64,000 nt of DNA from Ignavibacteriota bacterium (GTDB taxonomy: Bacteria; Bacteroidota; Ignavibacteria; UBA10030). The notes under the pieces were generated by a model that did not search any database, had not been told where the DNA came from, and saw nothing but the letters and a program-made list of their open reading frames with translations. Positions 61,665 to 64,000 of the stretch are shown piece by piece; the first letter of the stretch is position 1; each line of letters opens with the position of its first letter. Location: NCBI GenBank assembly GCA_963727825.1, contig CAVSHO010000009.1:352001-416000 (forward strand), read 5' to 3'. A program made the position numbers and the translations under genes.

Positions 61665-64000
61665 ATGTTCAACAAATTCGTAATACTTGTGTTATGTTTC
61701 ACAATATCGGCAGCGTTCGCACAACAAAGCGATCGAGTGGACATTGGAAACTTACAGACCGGGGCAACGGTCTCGTTTGTCCGCACCGCAGGAGTTGAGT
61801 GGGGTATCGATATCTCCGGCGGCAGCGCTCCGCGACTGACGCAACAGAAACCTGCACAAATCGAAGTCTTTCAAAGCGAAAAGAATGTGTGTCAGCTTGC
61901 TGCGGGCTACCAGTCAGTGCGAAAGGAAAATAATTCGGTTGTAGCGAGAGCAAAGATATCAGGTGGAGGAAAAATAAGGTTTGATATCGAGGACAGATGG
62001 AATATTTCGGGCGCTGTATTATCGCTTAGCCGGAAAGTGAGCGTGACCGGTACAGAAGACAGTGCCGGGTTCTATTCGGCTATCCGTTTTTCGACAGATC
62101 CAATTATAAAATGGCAGGATGTGAATTTTCTTGCTCCGGGCCTTCTCTATGGCGAACCGCACACGAACCCCCGCGCACTTGGTGGTAGTTTATATTACGA
62201 TGCCAAACGTTTTTCGATACGAGAAGACTATCTCTCCGCTCCGCTATTCGGGCTTTCCTTCCATGACGGGAATTGGGTGGCGGCATTAGACCTTGCCCCG
62301 AACGGTGCAACCACCATAACAGAAACCACTTCTCCAGCTACGACGCCAGTGATTGACGAACAAATTCAGTTCGGAGCCTTGGGTGCTCGCGAAGTTTCCG
62401 AAGGAGGAGTTGAGATCGGATTCTGGCTGCCCGGCACAACGAACGAATTCTTAGGCGGGTTCTTTGAAGGCAGCCGAGGGAATCCAAGCACCGCTCCTGT
62501 GGTGCGACGGCGCTATCATCCTGTCAAAGCAGGATTTTCGCAGAGTTACAAAGTAGGATTCCGATTTGGAAAGAGCGAGTCTTTCCGTGATATGGAACGC
62601 GAATCATGGCGATGGGCATGGCAGAGCCTCAATCCCAAAATCACACCTGTGGATGTGGAAGTTGTCCGTCGCACGCTGATCGATCACTTAGCGGATCGCG
62701 TCCTCGTTGTGGAGGATCGGGCCGGAATTCCATTTGTTATCGATGCTGTTTCGGGGAAGCCTGGTTCGTTTCGTCCTGCCTTAACGGCTCGAATGTTTCA
62801 CGCATTCAATGCGGGGCGCGGAGCGCCAGCGAATCAGAACCAAGAGCTGATTAATTGGGCCAAATCCATTGGCATTGATATTGACACCAAGGCAGCAGAA
62901 TTGGATATATGGCCAAAGATCGTAATTGGTTTCTGCGGCAAGCACATTGAGGTAGCAGAACAATTATTGTTGGAAAGCGATCGTGACTCGGGTCCACGTG
63001 GTCAAAGGATGAGGAAACTGGGTGAGATGATCATAGAGAGCCTTATTCGCATTGTGCCTGTATCACCACCTTGTGGAGAAGGCTTTGATATACGGACAGG
63101 CAAGCCTGGTGCCGTCCACGGTGGAACTGCGTTCTCTCTCCGTTCTTGGGCAGAAGACATGCGCATCATGATAGATTTAATTCGCCGTGAGCGTCCTCAT
63201 GGACGCCAGCATCCGGAATGGTTTAAATGGGCAAAGTCTTATACCGACTGGTTGTTAATGCAGCAGCGAGAAGATGGGTCATTCCCCATGACCTGGCAGG
63301 ATTCAACAGGAGCAGTGAAAGAGGGTACCACTGGTGTCACCAGTTACGCAGGTGTACCATTGCTGGTGAAGATGAGCGAGGAAACTGGGGATAAAAAATA
63401 CATCAACTCGGCCATCCGTGCCGCCGACTATATTTGGACGAACTTTGGCAGTAAGTGTGTATTCCTTGGCGCAACCGGCACTCCAACTGTAGCCGACAAA
63501 GAATCCGGCATGTTGTCTGCGGAAGCCTTCTTAGCTTTATACGAAAACACCAGGGAAGATAAGTGGTTGGAGTATGCCAAAACTGCGGGTGATTATACTG
63601 AAAGCTGGATATGGATTTGGAATGTTCCCATGCCGGTTGGTGCCAATTATGCCGACCTGGGATGGAAACCCGGCGTGCCTACAATAGGCGTTAACGGAAT
63701 TGGATCGAATGATATTGGTGGTGTGGACCAATACCTGGATTGGGCTGTTCCCACCTATGCAAGGTTGTACAAATACACCAAAGATGAGCATTACTTAGAT
63801 GTTGCCCGTATTCTTTTGCATGGCACCAAAGCTATGCTCGCACTTCCAGGACGCACATACGATTTGAAGGGACCAGGCTGGCAGCAGGAACACTGGCGCA
63901 TGGGACCGATCAGAGGTATTGGAGCCCACCGTACCTGGCTGCCGTGGATTTCCGTCAACCACCTGCATGGTATTACCGGCTTAGAAGAGTTCGACCCAGC
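61665..64000 (+). CDS. Large secreted protein, probable (alpha/alpha)6 six-hairpin glycosidase-like; runs off window end
   Basis: Manual translation: MFNKFVILVLCFTISAAFA signal peptide, then WLLMQQREDGSF, ETGDKKYINSAIRAADY, LYKYTKDEHYLDVA helical repeats. Same frame at start, middle and end; absent from the ORF track, consistent with having no stop in the window. Confidence 0.75.
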   Translation, partial: MFNKFVILVLCFTISAAFAQQSDRVDIGNLQTGATVSFVRTAGVEWGIDISGGSAPRLTQQKPAQIEVFQSEKNVCQLAAGYQSVRKENNSVVARAKISGGGKIRFDIEDRWNISGAVLSLSRKVSVTGTEDSAGFYSAIRFSTDPIIKWQDVNFLAPGLLYGEPHTNPRALGGSLYYDAKRFSIREDYLSAPLFGLSFHDGNWVAALDLAPNGATTITETTSPATTPVIDEQIQFGALGAREVSEGGVEIGFWLPGTTNEFLGGFFEGSRGNPSTAPVVRRRYHPVKAGFSQSYKVGFRFGKSESFRDMERESWRWAWQSLNPKITPVDVEVVRRTLIDHLADRVLVVEDRAGIPFVIDAVSGKPGSFRPALTARMFHAFNAGRGAPANQNQELINWAKSIGIDIDTKAAELDIWPKIVIGFCGKHIEVAEQLLLESDRDSGPRGQRMRKLGEMIIESLIRIVPVSPPCGEGFDIRTGKPGAVHGGTAFSLRSWAEDMRIMIDLIRRERPHGRQHPEWFKWAKSYTDWLLMQQREDGSFPMTWQDSTGAVKEGTTGVTSYAGVPLLVKMSEETGDKKYINSAIRAADYIWTNFGSKCVFLGATGTPTVADKESGMLSAEAFLALYENTREDKWLEYAKTAGDYTESWIWIWNVPMPVGANYADLGWKPGVPTIGVNGIGSNDIGGVDQYLDWAVPTYARLYKYTKDEHYLDVARILLHGTKAMLALPGRTYDLKGPGWQQEHWRMGPIRGIGAHRTWLPWISVNHLHGITGLEEFDP

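Overview
A 64-kb bacterial chromosomal segment, most consistent with Ignavibacteria/Bacteroidota. This is inferred from the short Bacteroidota-type primary sigma factor, the propeller-Y_Y_Y sensor kinase and the gene neighbourhoods. Most of it is housekeeping: TRAP-T transporter, pgi, two-component systems, hrcA-grpE-dnaJ, rsmD/coaD, carA, gdhA, nrdJ, deoC/deoB, def-fmt, sigA, hisS, lgt, rlmB, tRNA-fMet and a partly decayed rhamnose cluster. The standout is an AT-rich minus-strand locus at 28.2-29.6 kb. It has a ~290-nt multi-hairpin RNA enclosed by a perfect 11-bp inverted repeat whose 3' arm covers the start codon of a basic/amphipathic 80-aa ORF. That ORF is separated by a single in-frame TAA from a compact retron-like reverse transcriptase with non-canonical motifs (YADN, no NAxxH, IMG for VTG). 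The locus lies in a run of four co-oriented genes (RT, serine hydrolase, REP-associated tyrosine transposase remnant, gdhA), each followed by the same ~38-bp hairpin. Other points: a dispersed microcompartment signature (two EutN/CcmL genes behind deoB, and a DeoC with an encapsulation-peptide-like N-terminus), a methyltransferase and Mrr interleaved with rsmD-coaD, a tRNA-fMet 5' half with a palindrome in its D-loop, and several REP/MITE-like elements. All calls come from reading the sequence; no database search was run.
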